Positions 33,014-42,943 of a DNA stretch of 64,000 nucleotides are shown one piece after another; positions within the stretch are counted from its first letter, which is position 1, and every line of letters begins with the position of its first letter. The notes under the pieces were generated by a model that was given only the letters and a program-made list of their open reading frames with translations, made no database searches and had not been told where the DNA came from. This DNA is from Gammaproteobacteria bacterium (lineage in GTDB: Bacteria > Pseudomonadota > Gammaproteobacteria > Ga0077536): positions 2,560,001 through 2,624,000 of the forward strand of contig CAXXLL010000003.1 of the NCBI GenBank assembly GCA_963662545.2, given 5' to 3'. Both the position numbers and the translations under genes were made by a program.

Positions 33014-34582
33014 ATGAAGCATGTACTTCCCAAGGGGGTCACCGAGACAAACTTCGACAAGGCATTCAAAGAATTTGCCAGTATCGTCGGCCAGCAATGG
33101 GCATCCTCGTCCATCGAAGATCGGGAGCTCTATAACGATCCGTACAATCCGGGCGACCCCCTTGAATTCGTCTCCGGTGGTTTCGTGGCGCCGGCGTCGG
33201 TCGACGAAGTACAGGCCCTCGTCAAGACAGCTAACCACCTGGGTATCCCTTTGTGGCCCGTCTCTACCGGCAAGAATCTGGCCTATGGCGGTGCCGCGCC
33301 GCTGGTCCCGGGCACAGTGGTGCTCGACCTGAAACGCATGAATCGGATTCTCGAAGTCAATGAAGATCTCGCCTATGCCTGGGTCGAACCGGGCGTCAGC
33401 TTCTTCGATCTCTACCGTTATATTCAGGACCATAAACACAAGCTCTGGATGTCGGTCCCCGGACCCGGCTGGGGCAGCATCGTGGGCAACGGTGTCGAGC
33501 GCGGCATCGGCTACGGCTACTTTGATGATCAGTTCGCCAATTCCGCGGGACTCGAGATCGTGCTACCGGACGGCGAGTTGATGCGCGCCGGCATGGGCGC
33601 GATGGGCAACAGCACCTCGGGACCCCTGTTACGCGGCGGCTTCGGCCCCTGGGTCGACGGCTTGTTCACGCAATCGAATTACGGGGTCGTCACCAAGATG
33701 GCGAGGTTCCTGTTGCCGGAGCCCGAAACCTACATGAGCTGTGAAGTGAACTGCCGTTTCGATGCAGGCCTGGAATCGATTTTCGAAGCGCTGCGGCCAT
33801 TCAAACTGGACGAGACGATCCGTAATCCCGTTGTCGTCAGCAATCTCGAACTCATCGCGTCATTTCTATCGGTTAGAAGCCAGTGGTACGACGGCGAGGG
33901 TCCGGTTCCAGACGAAACGCTTTCGGTGATACAGGAAAAACTCAAGCTCGGTCGCTGGAACGCGTCGTTCGCACTTTACGGCACCGAGGCCAAAGTCAAC
34001 GACGCCTGGTCGCGGATCAAGCAGGCGGTACAGCACATCAAAGGTATCGAGCTCAAGGACCGCGTCTATCACCCGGGTGACGAGATTTTGCACCCGCGGG
34101 ATCAAAGTCAGGCGGGAATCCCGAGTCTGAACGAATTCGGTCTCGTGAACTGGATGGGCGCGGGTGGTCACATCGATTTCTCACCGGTTGGCCCCATGAC
34201 GGCCGGACACGCCAGGGTGCTGAACGAGCTCGTCCGATCACGCGTTCATGAATTCGGCTTCGATCATCTTTGCGGTTTTTATTGCGAGCCGCGGGCCTTC
34301 AGATTCGTTAATACACTGATCTTCCGGAAAGACAATCCCGAAGAGATGAGCAAGGTGCGAGAGCTGTTCACCGTACTCATTAGGGAAGCAGCCGAAAAGG
34401 GTTATGGTGAATATCGCACGCACCTGGCCTACATGGATGAGGTCGCTGCGACCTATGATTTCAATAACAATGCGCTGCTCAGGTTTCAGGAAAAACTGAA
34501 AGACGTCATTGATCCCAACGGTGTGATTGCACCAGGCAAGTCGGGGATCTGGCCCAAACATTACAGGGAAAGTGACGCGTGA
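33014..34582 (+). CDS. VAO/PCMH-family 4-alkylphenol-oxidising flavoprotein (PchF-like)
   Basis: STGKNLAYGG, DLKRMNRILEV, VEPGV, GN..ERG.GY, GP..DGLFTQSNYGVVTKM, GYGEYRTH and DPNG.IAPGKSGIWP. Confidence 0.9.
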   Translation: MKHVLPKGVTETNFDKAFKEFASIVGQQWASSSIEDRELYNDPYNPGDPLEFVSGGFVAPASVDEVQALVKTANHLGIPLWPVSTGKNLAYGGAAPLVPGTVVLDLKRMNRILEVNEDLAYAWVEPGVSFFDLYRYIQDHKHKLWMSVPGPGWGSIVGNGVERGIGYGYFDDQFANSAGLEIVLPDGELMRAGMGAMGNSTSGPLLRGGFGPWVDGLFTQSNYGVVTKMARFLLPEPETYMSCEVNCRFDAGLESIFEALRPFKLDETIRNPVVVSNLELIASFLSVRSQWYDGEGPVPDETLSVIQEKLKLGRWNASFALYGTEAKVNDAWSRIKQAVQHIKGIELKDRVYHPGDEILHPRDQSQAGIPSLNEFGLVNWMGAGGHIDFSPVGPMTAGHARVLNELVRSRVHEFGFDHLCGFYCEPRAFRFVNTLIFRKDNPEEMSKVRELFTVLIREAAEKGYGEYRTHLAYMDEVAATYDFNNNALLRFQEKLKDVIDPNGVIAPGKSGIWPKHYRESDA

Positions 34583-34920
34583 GGCGTTCCGACAATTCGA
34601 TACTCGCGTCCGCTGTACCGCTAGTCTGTGCCTTCACGCTGGCAATGAACGTCTTACAGGCCGAAGAAAGCACCGGCAAGCGAGTGTTTTCAAACTGGTG
34701 TTCAGCCTGTCACATGGACAGCCCCTTCGCGCCGGGTACGATTCAACTCAAGCAGACCCGGGGACCGGATTACGCTGTCATAGAGCAGCGAACGGATCTC
34801 TCCGCAGCGCTGATACGACTACGCGTGAGGAAAGGGCTGGCAGGAATGCCGTCGTTTCGCAGGACCGAAATCAGTAATCAGGATCTCGACGCCTTGATCG
34901 ACTACCTGGTGCGGAAATGA
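34579..34920 (+). CDS. Cytochrome c subunit (PchC-like)
   Basis: Signal peptide, G..VF..WCSACH heme motif, PGT and VR.G...MP.FR.TEIS. Confidence 0.88.
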   Translation: MRRSDNSILASAVPLVCAFTLAMNVLQAEESTGKRVFSNWCSACHMDSPFAPGTIQLKQTRGPDYAVIEQRTDLSAALIRLRVRKGLAGMPSFRRTEISNQDLDALIDYLVRK

Positions 34921-34936
34921 GTGCAGGACCGCAAAG

Positions 34937-35338
34937 ATGAATCGCCGAGATTTCGCCCGCGCGGCTGCGATCCTCACGGCCGGCACCCTGTCGGGTACGG
35001 CTTTCGCCGGATCCTGGTGTAAGGGTTCGGACCTGCCGATGCATCTGATTTACGACGCGCGCATCATCGAAGCTCGCGAAGCGTTCGCCGCGGCATCGGT
35101 AAACATCGCGAAAGCACACGGTTTCACCAGCGACCTCACCCCGATCTGGTTCGATGAGTTGCATGGCCTCTGGGAGAGCGGATCCATCATGACGATGGGG
35201 TTCACGCGCCATGCCGAATTCTTCGTGTTGAGCACTCTTGCGCGCGATCAAGGGTATGCGGTTGCGGGAGAGGAGGCGCACGCGGGGAAGGTGTCCTGGC
35301 TGCTGGTGCCGGACATCGAGGGACGAAGAATCCGGTGA
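34937..35338 (+). CDS. Tat-signal protein of unknown function (PchX-like position)
   Basis: MNRRDF twin-arginine leader with an AFA cleavage site; third gene of the flavocytochrome operon. Confidence 0.65.
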   Translation: MNRRDFARAAAILTAGTLSGTAFAGSWCKGSDLPMHLIYDARIIEAREAFAAASVNIAKAHGFTSDLTPIWFDELHGLWESGSIMTMGFTRHAEFFVLSTLARDQGYAVAGEEAHAGKVSWLLVPDIEGRRIR

Positions 35339-35351
35339 TAAAAGGTGACTT

Positions 35352-35940
35352 TCCGACACCCGAACTCCTAATGGAAAGGTGCGGCAATCCGTTTAATCCC
35401 CAAAACAAATAGATATTCGATTACATGTTCTACATCATTGTCGAGTAGCGTAACAGTCACTTTGAGCTCCCTATTTTGATCCGCGATTTCTTCGAATTTC
35501 GATACATCTACTTCTTCTACCAAAATTCGATGTTCGAAGAATATTCCATTCGGTTCTGTTCCGCTCGCGATCATCGTCGCTCGAGAATCAAAAATTGATC
35601 CCATCCCTGCTATTGAAACCTTCAAAAGAACAACCGTCGCAGATTCCTGCTTCGTGAAGAGAGATATTCCTAGGTCAAAAGCTGTGTAGCTTTTTGCCAA
35701 GGTTGGTCGGAAATACGGTGCAACCAATTTTCCGTCAACCGCAAATCCCTTTACTTCTGGATCATCAAATGAATACTCCTCGTAGAAGTCCTTTATCGCG
35801 CGGTTGTATATATCAGGAACCGTTGCAGCGTTGCAGCCATTTAGGAATCCAAAAATCAATACGCAAGCAACTTTTGCTTTTAGCATGTATATCTCTAAAG
35901 GGTTCGGGTGCCGGAGTTGAGGGTTCGGGTGCCGGAGTTG
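35352..35940. repeat. REP-like inverted motifs flanking an AT-rich gene; right copy tandemly duplicated
   Basis: TCCGACACCCGAAC (35352-35365) is inverted relative to GTTCGGGTGCCGGA within AGGGTTCGGGTGCCGGAGTTG x2 (35899-35919, 35920-35940). Confidence 0.75.
35368..35886 (-). CDS. Hypothetical lipoprotein, AT-rich (likely foreign)
   Basis: MLKAKVACVLIFGFLNGC lipobox-like leader; visibly lower GC than the neighbours. Confidence 0.65.
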   Translation of the reverse strand: MLKAKVACVLIFGFLNGCNAATVPDIYNRAIKDFYEEYSFDDPEVKGFAVDGKLVAPYFRPTLAKSYTAFDLGISLFTKQESATVVLLKVSIAGMGSIFDSRATMIASGTEPNGIFFEHRILVEEVDVSKFEEIADQNRELKVTVTLLDNDVEHVIEYLFVLGIKRIAAPFH

Positions 35941-36055
35941 AGTTATTTGACTAAACACGGCGGGCCTGCCGTCCAGATCGTAAAACGAATCTGGATCATA
36001 CCCCGCGTTTGCTGAAATACGACGTTTCGGTTCGGTCTTCGTCGCCGGAAAATCC

Positions 36056-37093
36056 TTACAGCAATTCCCGCCGTACCTGGTCAGCGGCCTCGACCAATGC
36101 TTTCAATTTGCCGAAAGCAGCATCGCGCGTGAGATATTTCATACCGCAGTCTGGCGCCACCACGAGCCGCTCTGGCGCGACATGGGGTATAGCGCGCTGA
36201 ATCCGCTCGGCCAGGGTGGCCGCACTCTCCACTTCATTCGTGGACAGATCAATCACGCCGAGTACGATCGTCTTATTTGACAGATCGTCGAGAATCGCGA
36301 GATCGAGATGCGGTTGCGCGGCCTCGATCGAGATTTGATCAACCTCGCAGTCGGCAAGCTGGGACAGAAACGCGTAGGTTTTCGGTTTGTTGGGCGAGAC
36401 GACGAAGCCGTAGCCAAAGCAAAGATGGATGCCGGTCGTCACGTTCAGGCCTTCCAACGCGCGGTTAATGGCTGCCACCCCGTAACGGTTGGCGCCGTCT
36501 GGATCCTCACGCAGCCACGGTTCGTCGAGCTGAATCACGTCTGCGCCGGCGGCTTCGAGATCGCGCGCTTCGGCATTTACGACTTCGGCATAAGCCATCG
36601 CCACCGCCTCTTCGTCGCGATAATAGTCATCCGATGCCTGTTTGCTCAGGGTGAACGGCCCCGGCAGAGTGATCTTGGCGAGACGGTCCGTGTTGCGCTT
36701 TAGAAACTTGAGATCCTCAACTTCGACCGGCCCCGTTCGTCTAAGCGCGGCGACGATGCGCGGCATGGGGATCTTGTAACCGCGTATCTCGCGGATGAAC
36801 GGGTTTTCGGTGTCGATGCCTTCGAGCGAGGTCGCGAAACGATTGGAATAACTCTCCCGGCGCATTTCACCGTCGGTGATGACGTCGATGCCGGCCCGTT
36901 CCTGGTCGCGGATCGCAAGCAATGTGGCATCGTTTTGCGCTTCCTCCAGATTGGGCTCCGCGATGCGCCAGATATCGTGCGCGCGTATGCGCGGCACGAC
37001 TTTCTTTTTCAACAGTTCATGGTCGACCAGCCAGGCCGGTTGCGGGTAGCTGCCGATCACGGTCGTTGACAGGAGCTTTTCAGGCATGGTCAT
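36056..37093 (-). CDS. Cobalamin-independent methionine synthase catalytic-domain-only family protein
   Basis: GSYPQP, QERAGID.ITDGE.RR, PGPFT, IQLDEP, H-L-C zinc motif and PDCG. Confidence 0.85.
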   Translation of the reverse strand: MTMPEKLLSTTVIGSYPQPAWLVDHELLKKKVVPRIRAHDIWRIAEPNLEEAQNDATLLAIRDQERAGIDVITDGEMRRESYSNRFATSLEGIDTENPFIREIRGYKIPMPRIVAALRRTGPVEVEDLKFLKRNTDRLAKITLPGPFTLSKQASDDYYRDEEAVAMAYAEVVNAEARDLEAAGADVIQLDEPWLREDPDGANRYGVAAINRALEGLNVTTGIHLCFGYGFVVSPNKPKTYAFLSQLADCEVDQISIEAAQPHLDLAILDDLSNKTIVLGVIDLSTNEVESAATLAERIQRAIPHVAPERLVVAPDCGMKYLTRDAAFGKLKALVEAADQVRRELL

Positions 37094-37332
37094 CTGTCCG
37101 CAAGCTAATCCGGTTGCTAGAGTAGCAAGAGCGGTAGTCTCCGGCCCACTGTCGTATTAGCGTTGTCGACTGCGGTAAGCTTGTCGTGGGTACAGCGCGC
37201 CGGCGGTTCGCCAACCAATACGACGAATCGGCGGCGAAATCCACGGGTAAACGAGAAGATGACGCCTAAGATGCTTTTTCATCAGGATCGGGCCGGCAGT
37301 CTGTCGCGACCGATATCGCTGAGGGCCTCCCG

Positions 37333-38106
37333 GTGACCGGCAAACATCCAAACATCCTGCTGACCAACGACGACAGCCACGACTCGCCCCTGTTTCACCA
37401 CACCATCGACGCGCTTGCACGCCTCGGAGACCTCACTGTCGTCGTGCCCGCGGAAGAACAGAGCTGGAAAGGCAAGTCGATGACGCGTTACGGTCCACTC
37501 TATGCCGAGCACATCGATATACACGGCTATCCGGCATGGTCAGTCACCGGCACGCCAGCCGACTGCGTCAACCTGGCGATTTACAACCTGCTCGACCAGC
37601 GGCCCGACATCGTGGTCTCGGGGATCAACATCGGCAAGAATGTGGGACTGGGTTTCATGTTCTCCTCCGGTACGGTCGGTGCATGTTTTGAGGCGAACAT
37701 CGCCGGCATTCCGGCACTCGCCTTGTCGCAGGAATTGAACCCCGAGGACTTCCAACACTGGGATCGGGAGCGCGGTTTCAAGGCGGATATCGCGGCCGAG
37801 TTGAAATCCCTCTCGGACTATTTGATCCCGCTGGTATGGAAAGACCTGGTCGCGATCGGCGATCCCGAGCCGACGACGTGGAACGTCAACTTCCCATTTA
37901 CGCAGTCGCGCGCCGCGGATATCGTTATCACACGCCTGGGCCATACCTATTACGAGGGCTGCTTCGTGCGGCGCGGTGATCAGTTTTATCACGGCCTATC
38001 CAGCGTCCAGATCGATCCCTGTCAGGACACTGACGAGATGGTGATACAAAGCGGCAGGGTCAGCGCGACCAAGCTGGATATGCGGGTGCTTGGTCAACAG
38101 ATATAA
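37333..38106 (+). CDS. surE: 5'/3'-nucleotidase SurE (divergent)
   Basis: ILLTNDD, GTPADCV, VSGIN.G.N and SSGTVGA..EA...GIPA.A.S. Confidence 0.85.
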   Translation: MTGKHPNILLTNDDSHDSPLFHHTIDALARLGDLTVVVPAEEQSWKGKSMTRYGPLYAEHIDIHGYPAWSVTGTPADCVNLAIYNLLDQRPDIVVSGINIGKNVGLGFMFSSGTVGACFEANIAGIPALALSQELNPEDFQHWDRERGFKADIAAELKSLSDYLIPLVWKDLVAIGDPEPTTWNVNFPFTQSRAADIVITRLGHTYYEGCFVRRGDQFYHGLSSVQIDPCQDTDEMVIQSGRVSATKLDMRVLGQQI

Positions 38107-38184
38107 AGGGCAGGTTCGTGAAGTAACTCCTAAGCGCGATCTGCCAGGGTGTTATCTTTGTCAGTATACGGTTTGCAGACTTAA

Positions 38185-39105
<921 letters not shown>

Positions 39106-39118
39106 GGGATAGCTGAGC

Positions 39119-39931
39119 ATGGCCGTCGTATCCGCCTTTCTCATTCCCGGCTCGCCGCTGCCCTACTTGCAGAGGGAAAATCCGCCCTGGGGCGCCCTGG
39201 CCTTGGCGATGGAAAAAGCCGGCGATTCCCTCGTGCAATCGAACCCGGACACGTTGGTCGTCTATTCAACGCAGTGGATTGCGGTGCTCGATCAGCTATG
39301 GCAGATGCGTCCCCATATCAATGGTCAGCACGTGGATGAGAACTGGCACGAATACGGCGAGCTGCCCTACGACATCACCGTCGACACCGAGCTGACCGAG
39401 GCGGTCATCGCCGCGACGCCCGCAATCGATATCCGCTCGAAAGGTGTAGATTACGACGCCTTTCCGGTCGACACCGGTACCATCATCGCGGCGAACTTCC
39501 TGAACGCGGATTCGGCGCGGCCAATGGCCATCACGTCCAACAACGTCTATCACGATTGGGACATGACCCGGGCGCTCGGAAGCATCATCGCCGAGCGGGC
39601 GGAAGCGCTCGGCCGTCGGATCGCCGTCGTCGGCGTCGGCGGTCTTTCGGGCTCCACCTTCCGGGGGATCATCGACATCGAGGACGACCGCATCGCCGCA
39701 GACGGCGAGGACGCGTGGAACCGGAACGTTCTCGATCTCATGGAACGCGGCGACGTCGATGCCTTGATCAAAGCCTGTCCGCAGTACGCACAGGAAGCCC
39801 GCGTCGACATGGGCTTCAAACATTTTGCATTTATCCTGGGCGGACTTGGCAGCCGGTTCAACCGGGCGACCGTTCATGGCTACGGGCCGCTGTATGGCAC
39901 GGGCGGCGCAGTGGTGGAGTTTCACGTCTGA
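39119..39931 (+). CDS. amnA: 2-aminophenol 1,6-dioxygenase alpha subunit
   Basis: VVSAFL.PG.PLP, YSTQW.AVLDQ, HVDENW, FP.DTGTI, GVGGLSG and EARVDMGFKH. Confidence 0.9.
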   Translation: MAVVSAFLIPGSPLPYLQRENPPWGALALAMEKAGDSLVQSNPDTLVVYSTQWIAVLDQLWQMRPHINGQHVDENWHEYGELPYDITVDTELTEAVIAATPAIDIRSKGVDYDAFPVDTGTIIAANFLNADSARPMAITSNNVYHDWDMTRALGSIIAERAEALGRRIAVVGVGGLSGSTFRGIIDIEDDRIAADGEDAWNRNVLDLMERGDVDALIKACPQYAQEARVDMGFKHFAFILGGLGSRFNRATVHGYGPLYGTGGAVVEFHV

Positions 39932-40104
39932 GCACAAGATACCGCTGGCATTTGCGAGCGTAATCTTGACGTAGAAATCCAGGCTCGCGTTAATCATGCG
40001 CATATTTATGGACGCATAAGCCGTTACCAATCAAAACGCGGTACGTCCCGGATATTCCCTCCGCAGTGGCGATGTTCGACTGACACGCACGACGCGGCGT
40101 GCGT

Positions 40105-40500
40105 TCAATCCATGTTGGCGAACGCCTCGAGGCTGGGCCAGTTGGTATAGTCGGCGTAGGTTCGATCGACGGCGATTTTGCCATCGCGCATGGTCAACAC
40201 TGCGACAAACAGTATAGCCCAGTCGGCGCTGGCGTCCGGGTCTAGGAGGGTGACTTCATTGGTCACTACATCGCCGCTTGCGTGCATGTGTTCGAGCCGC
40301 ATGTAGCGTTTTGGCGCAGCGTTTAGGACCGCGTGCTCGACCTGCAGAAACTGTTCTGCGCCTTCAACCACGCCGGCGCCCATCGCGAAAACTGTGCAGT
40401 CCGCTGTGTAGCATTCGGGCACGAAGCGCTCGATGTCGTTGTTGTACAGAACGATGTAGCGCTTCGCGGTTTCGATGTTGCGTTGTTCCTGTTCAGTCAT
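40105..40500 (-). CDS. NTF2/SnoaL-like protein
   Basis: N terminus EQRNIETAKRY, SGD.V..E and V.TMRDGKI..DR.Y.D; 131 aa. Confidence 0.78.
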   Translation of the reverse strand: MTEQEQRNIETAKRYIVLYNNDIERFVPECYTADCTVFAMGAGVVEGAEQFLQVEHAVLNAAPKRYMRLEHMHASGDVVTNEVTLLDPDASADWAILFVAVLTMRDGKIAVDRTYADYTNWPSLEAFANMD

Positions 40501-40588
40501 GGGGCGTTTCCTCTCTGGCCGAGTCGGGCCGCGATGGTTTTTGTGGCAGTAAAGTACCGCAAGTGCAGACTGGCGTACTACTACGAAT

Positions 40589-40618
40589 TGTTGCGGCGCA
40601 AATTATTGCGCCGCAACA
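40589..40618. promoter_or_regulatory. Perfect 13-bp inverted repeat (double TGC-N3-GCA box)
   Basis: TGTTGCGGCGCAA-ATTA-TTGCGCCGCAACA in a divergent intergenic region. Confidence 0.6.
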
Positions 40619-40825
40619 TCCTATATTCGCGCTGATTAACGCCTGCAGTCCACCGTCAGCTTATGGTTAGACAGCCGAAGTGCTCGGTTAATGCTCCATC
40701 GAACGCTTCTGAAGGTCTGCTTTCGAGGAAATTACAGACGCAATCGAGAACAACGTCGCGGCGCCGCGATAGCGTAGAATTGATTTGGCACCTGCATTGC
40801 AGTAATTCGAAATCAAGGGAAGCTA

Positions 40826-41947
40826 ATGACACGCCCACAAACAGTGATCGACGGCGATGGCCATATTTGCGGACCCGAGCTTGTGTGGACGGAATACACC
40901 ACGCGTAAATTCCAGGAAGACGTCCTCCAGATTCGAACGATTGATGGCGTTAGCGATATTTACGTTGAAGGCCGCCGATTACCGTTCGGCGGAGGAGCAA
41001 GCATTGCGCACGCTTGTGTTCCCGGCGGCCTGGCGCCAGGTCAAAAAGTAATCTGGTCCGACATCCCCCCGGGCAGCCACGATCCGGCCGAGCGACTCAA
41101 GGTGATGGATGAGGAAGGCATCGATCAGGCCTTGTTGTTCCCATCTGCCCACCTGCTTGCGGGCGATATCGCCGACCCCGCGATCGCGGCCGAAACTTGC
41201 CGTGCGTATAACGACTGGATCAGTGATTTCTGTAAACACGCTCCCACGCGATTGTTCGCAATGGGTCTGGTACCTCTGCAGGATATTGGGCTGGCGACGA
41301 AAGAAGCCAAACGCTTGGGATCAATCGGATTGAAGGGCTTCATGTCACGCCCCGAACGCTATAGAGAAATGGCACTGTATGACCCGGCTTGCGACGGCTT
41401 GTGGCAAACCGCGATCGACGACAACCTCGCAGTCGGGATCCACGGCAGCTTCGGTTCACAAATGCCGAGCTTTTCAACCGGACGTTATGAGGACAACCTC
41501 TTCTACGATCACATGATCGCGCATCCTTTCGGGCAGATGGCGGTGATGATGGACATGCTCGCGGGCGGCGTCATGGACCGCTTCCCAACTTTGCGTGTCG
41601 GATTCTTTGAAAGCGGCCTTGGTTGGATGCCGTACTGGATCGATCGGCTCGATGAACACTTTGAAGTGATGGGCCATCACACGCCGTGGTTAAAGCGCAA
41701 GCCGTCTGAAATATTCGCCGAGCAGTGTTTTGTCTCGATGGAAGCCGACGAGCTGTCGGGCCTTCAATGGATGGTCGACAAGGGCCTAGGCCATTGCATC
41801 CTTTGGGGATCGGACTACCCGCATTTTGATTCAACCTATCCCGGGGCCTACACCGAAGCGCAGGAAACATTCTCGAAGGTTGGACCAGGCGTGGCGACAA
41901 GCGTTGTGTATAACAATCCGCGACGCTACATGGGTGCCGAAAACTAG
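40826..41947 (+). CDS. Amidohydrolase_2 family protein
   Basis: IDGDGH, RL..MDEEGID...LFPS, AYNDW, GIH, G..DRFP.LR..F.E.G.GW and WGSDYPHFD. Confidence 0.9.
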   Translation: MTRPQTVIDGDGHICGPELVWTEYTTRKFQEDVLQIRTIDGVSDIYVEGRRLPFGGGASIAHACVPGGLAPGQKVIWSDIPPGSHDPAERLKVMDEEGIDQALLFPSAHLLAGDIADPAIAAETCRAYNDWISDFCKHAPTRLFAMGLVPLQDIGLATKEAKRLGSIGLKGFMSRPERYREMALYDPACDGLWQTAIDDNLAVGIHGSFGSQMPSFSTGRYEDNLFYDHMIAHPFGQMAVMMDMLAGGVMDRFPTLRVGFFESGLGWMPYWIDRLDEHFEVMGHHTPWLKRKPSEIFAEQCFVSMEADELSGLQWMVDKGLGHCILWGSDYPHFDSTYPGAYTEAQETFSKVGPGVATSVVYNNPRRYMGAEN

Positions 41948-42136
41948 GGTAATAGCGACAAGGGAATAGGGAAGAATCCACTTTAGGCCTTGCCTTTCGC
42001 CGCGCGCGACGATCGATTCCGGCCTGCAAACGTCCGGTATCCCCCTTTTTATAGACATCGTTCAGCGTGTCTGAAATATCTGACTAAGTCTAAACGTGCC
42101 TCGCAAGCTAGCAGATCAATGCCGACTTTTTACAAT

Positions 42137-42847
42137 TCAGACGAACATCAATAGCCCCAGGATCACCAGCGCCACATACAGAACACGCGTAAATAGCCCG
42201 GCCGGAATTCGGCGGCCGAGCCGTATACCGATGATGTTGCCGAGCAAAACAACTGGTAGGGCGAAGCCGAACAGCCTGAATACCTCGGCGGTCCACAGCC
42301 CCACGGCGGCATGTCCCCCACAAATCAGCACCGCGGTGGGAAAAAAATAACCCTGCACGGTCGCGCGAAATTCCTGTACGGACCATTTCCTGAGTGCGCC
42401 GTAGAGCACGATAGGCGGTCCGTTGGTGTTGTAGGCACCGCCTAGCACCCCCGCCGCAAAGCCGAATAGATAGACCCAGCGGCCGGCGCGGATTTTCGGT
42501 AATTCGGGTTTCGCTAAGTTGTAAATTCCATAGCCGACCAGCGTCACGCCGAGAATCGTCTTTACCAGGTATTCGGGCGCAGCCCGCAACAATAAAAGTC
42601 CGATTGGAATGCCGATGAGCGAGGCCACGATTAACTGCCAGGCGGAGCGCACGTCCATGTTGCGCCATTCGCGCCCGAGTACCACGGTGACGGTAACGGC
42701 GGCCGCCAGACCCACCAGAGGTGTCGCGACCTGCAATCCGAGCAAAATAACCAGCAATGGCATGGACACCAATGCGGTGCCGAACCCGAGAGACGCGTGA
42801 ACCAGGGTCGCCGTAAAGAGTACCGCCAATACGGTACTGATTGTCAC
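42137..42847 (-). CDS. Sulfite exporter TauE/SafE family membrane protein
   Basis: Polytopic hydrophobic ORF with GFG....MP and G..GG....NGPP motifs; probable GTG start. Confidence 0.85.
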   Translation of the reverse strand: MTISTVLAVLFTATLVHASLGFGTALVSMPLLVILLGLQVATPLVGLAAAVTVTVVLGREWRNMDVRSAWQLIVASLIGIPIGLLLLRAAPEYLVKTILGVTLVGYGIYNLAKPELPKIRAGRWVYLFGFAAGVLGGAYNTNGPPIVLYGALRKWSVQEFRATVQGYFFPTAVLICGGHAAVGLWTAEVFRLFGFALPVVLLGNIIGIRLGRRIPAGLFTRVLYVALVILGLLMFV

Positions 42848-42884
42848 CGCGTCAGGAATGGCACAAGGCTCCAGACGTTCAACG

Positions 42885-42932
42885 AGAAAGGGGACATTCA
42901 TCTTTTTCCTAAAAGAAGAATGTCCCCTTTCT
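42885..42932. repeat. REP/REPIN-like hairpin
   Basis: AGAAAGGGGACATTC...GAATGTCCCCTTTCT perfect 15-bp arms, plus an inner TCTTTT/AAAAGA stem. Confidence 0.75.
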
Positions 42933-42943
42933 TTCGGTACCCC

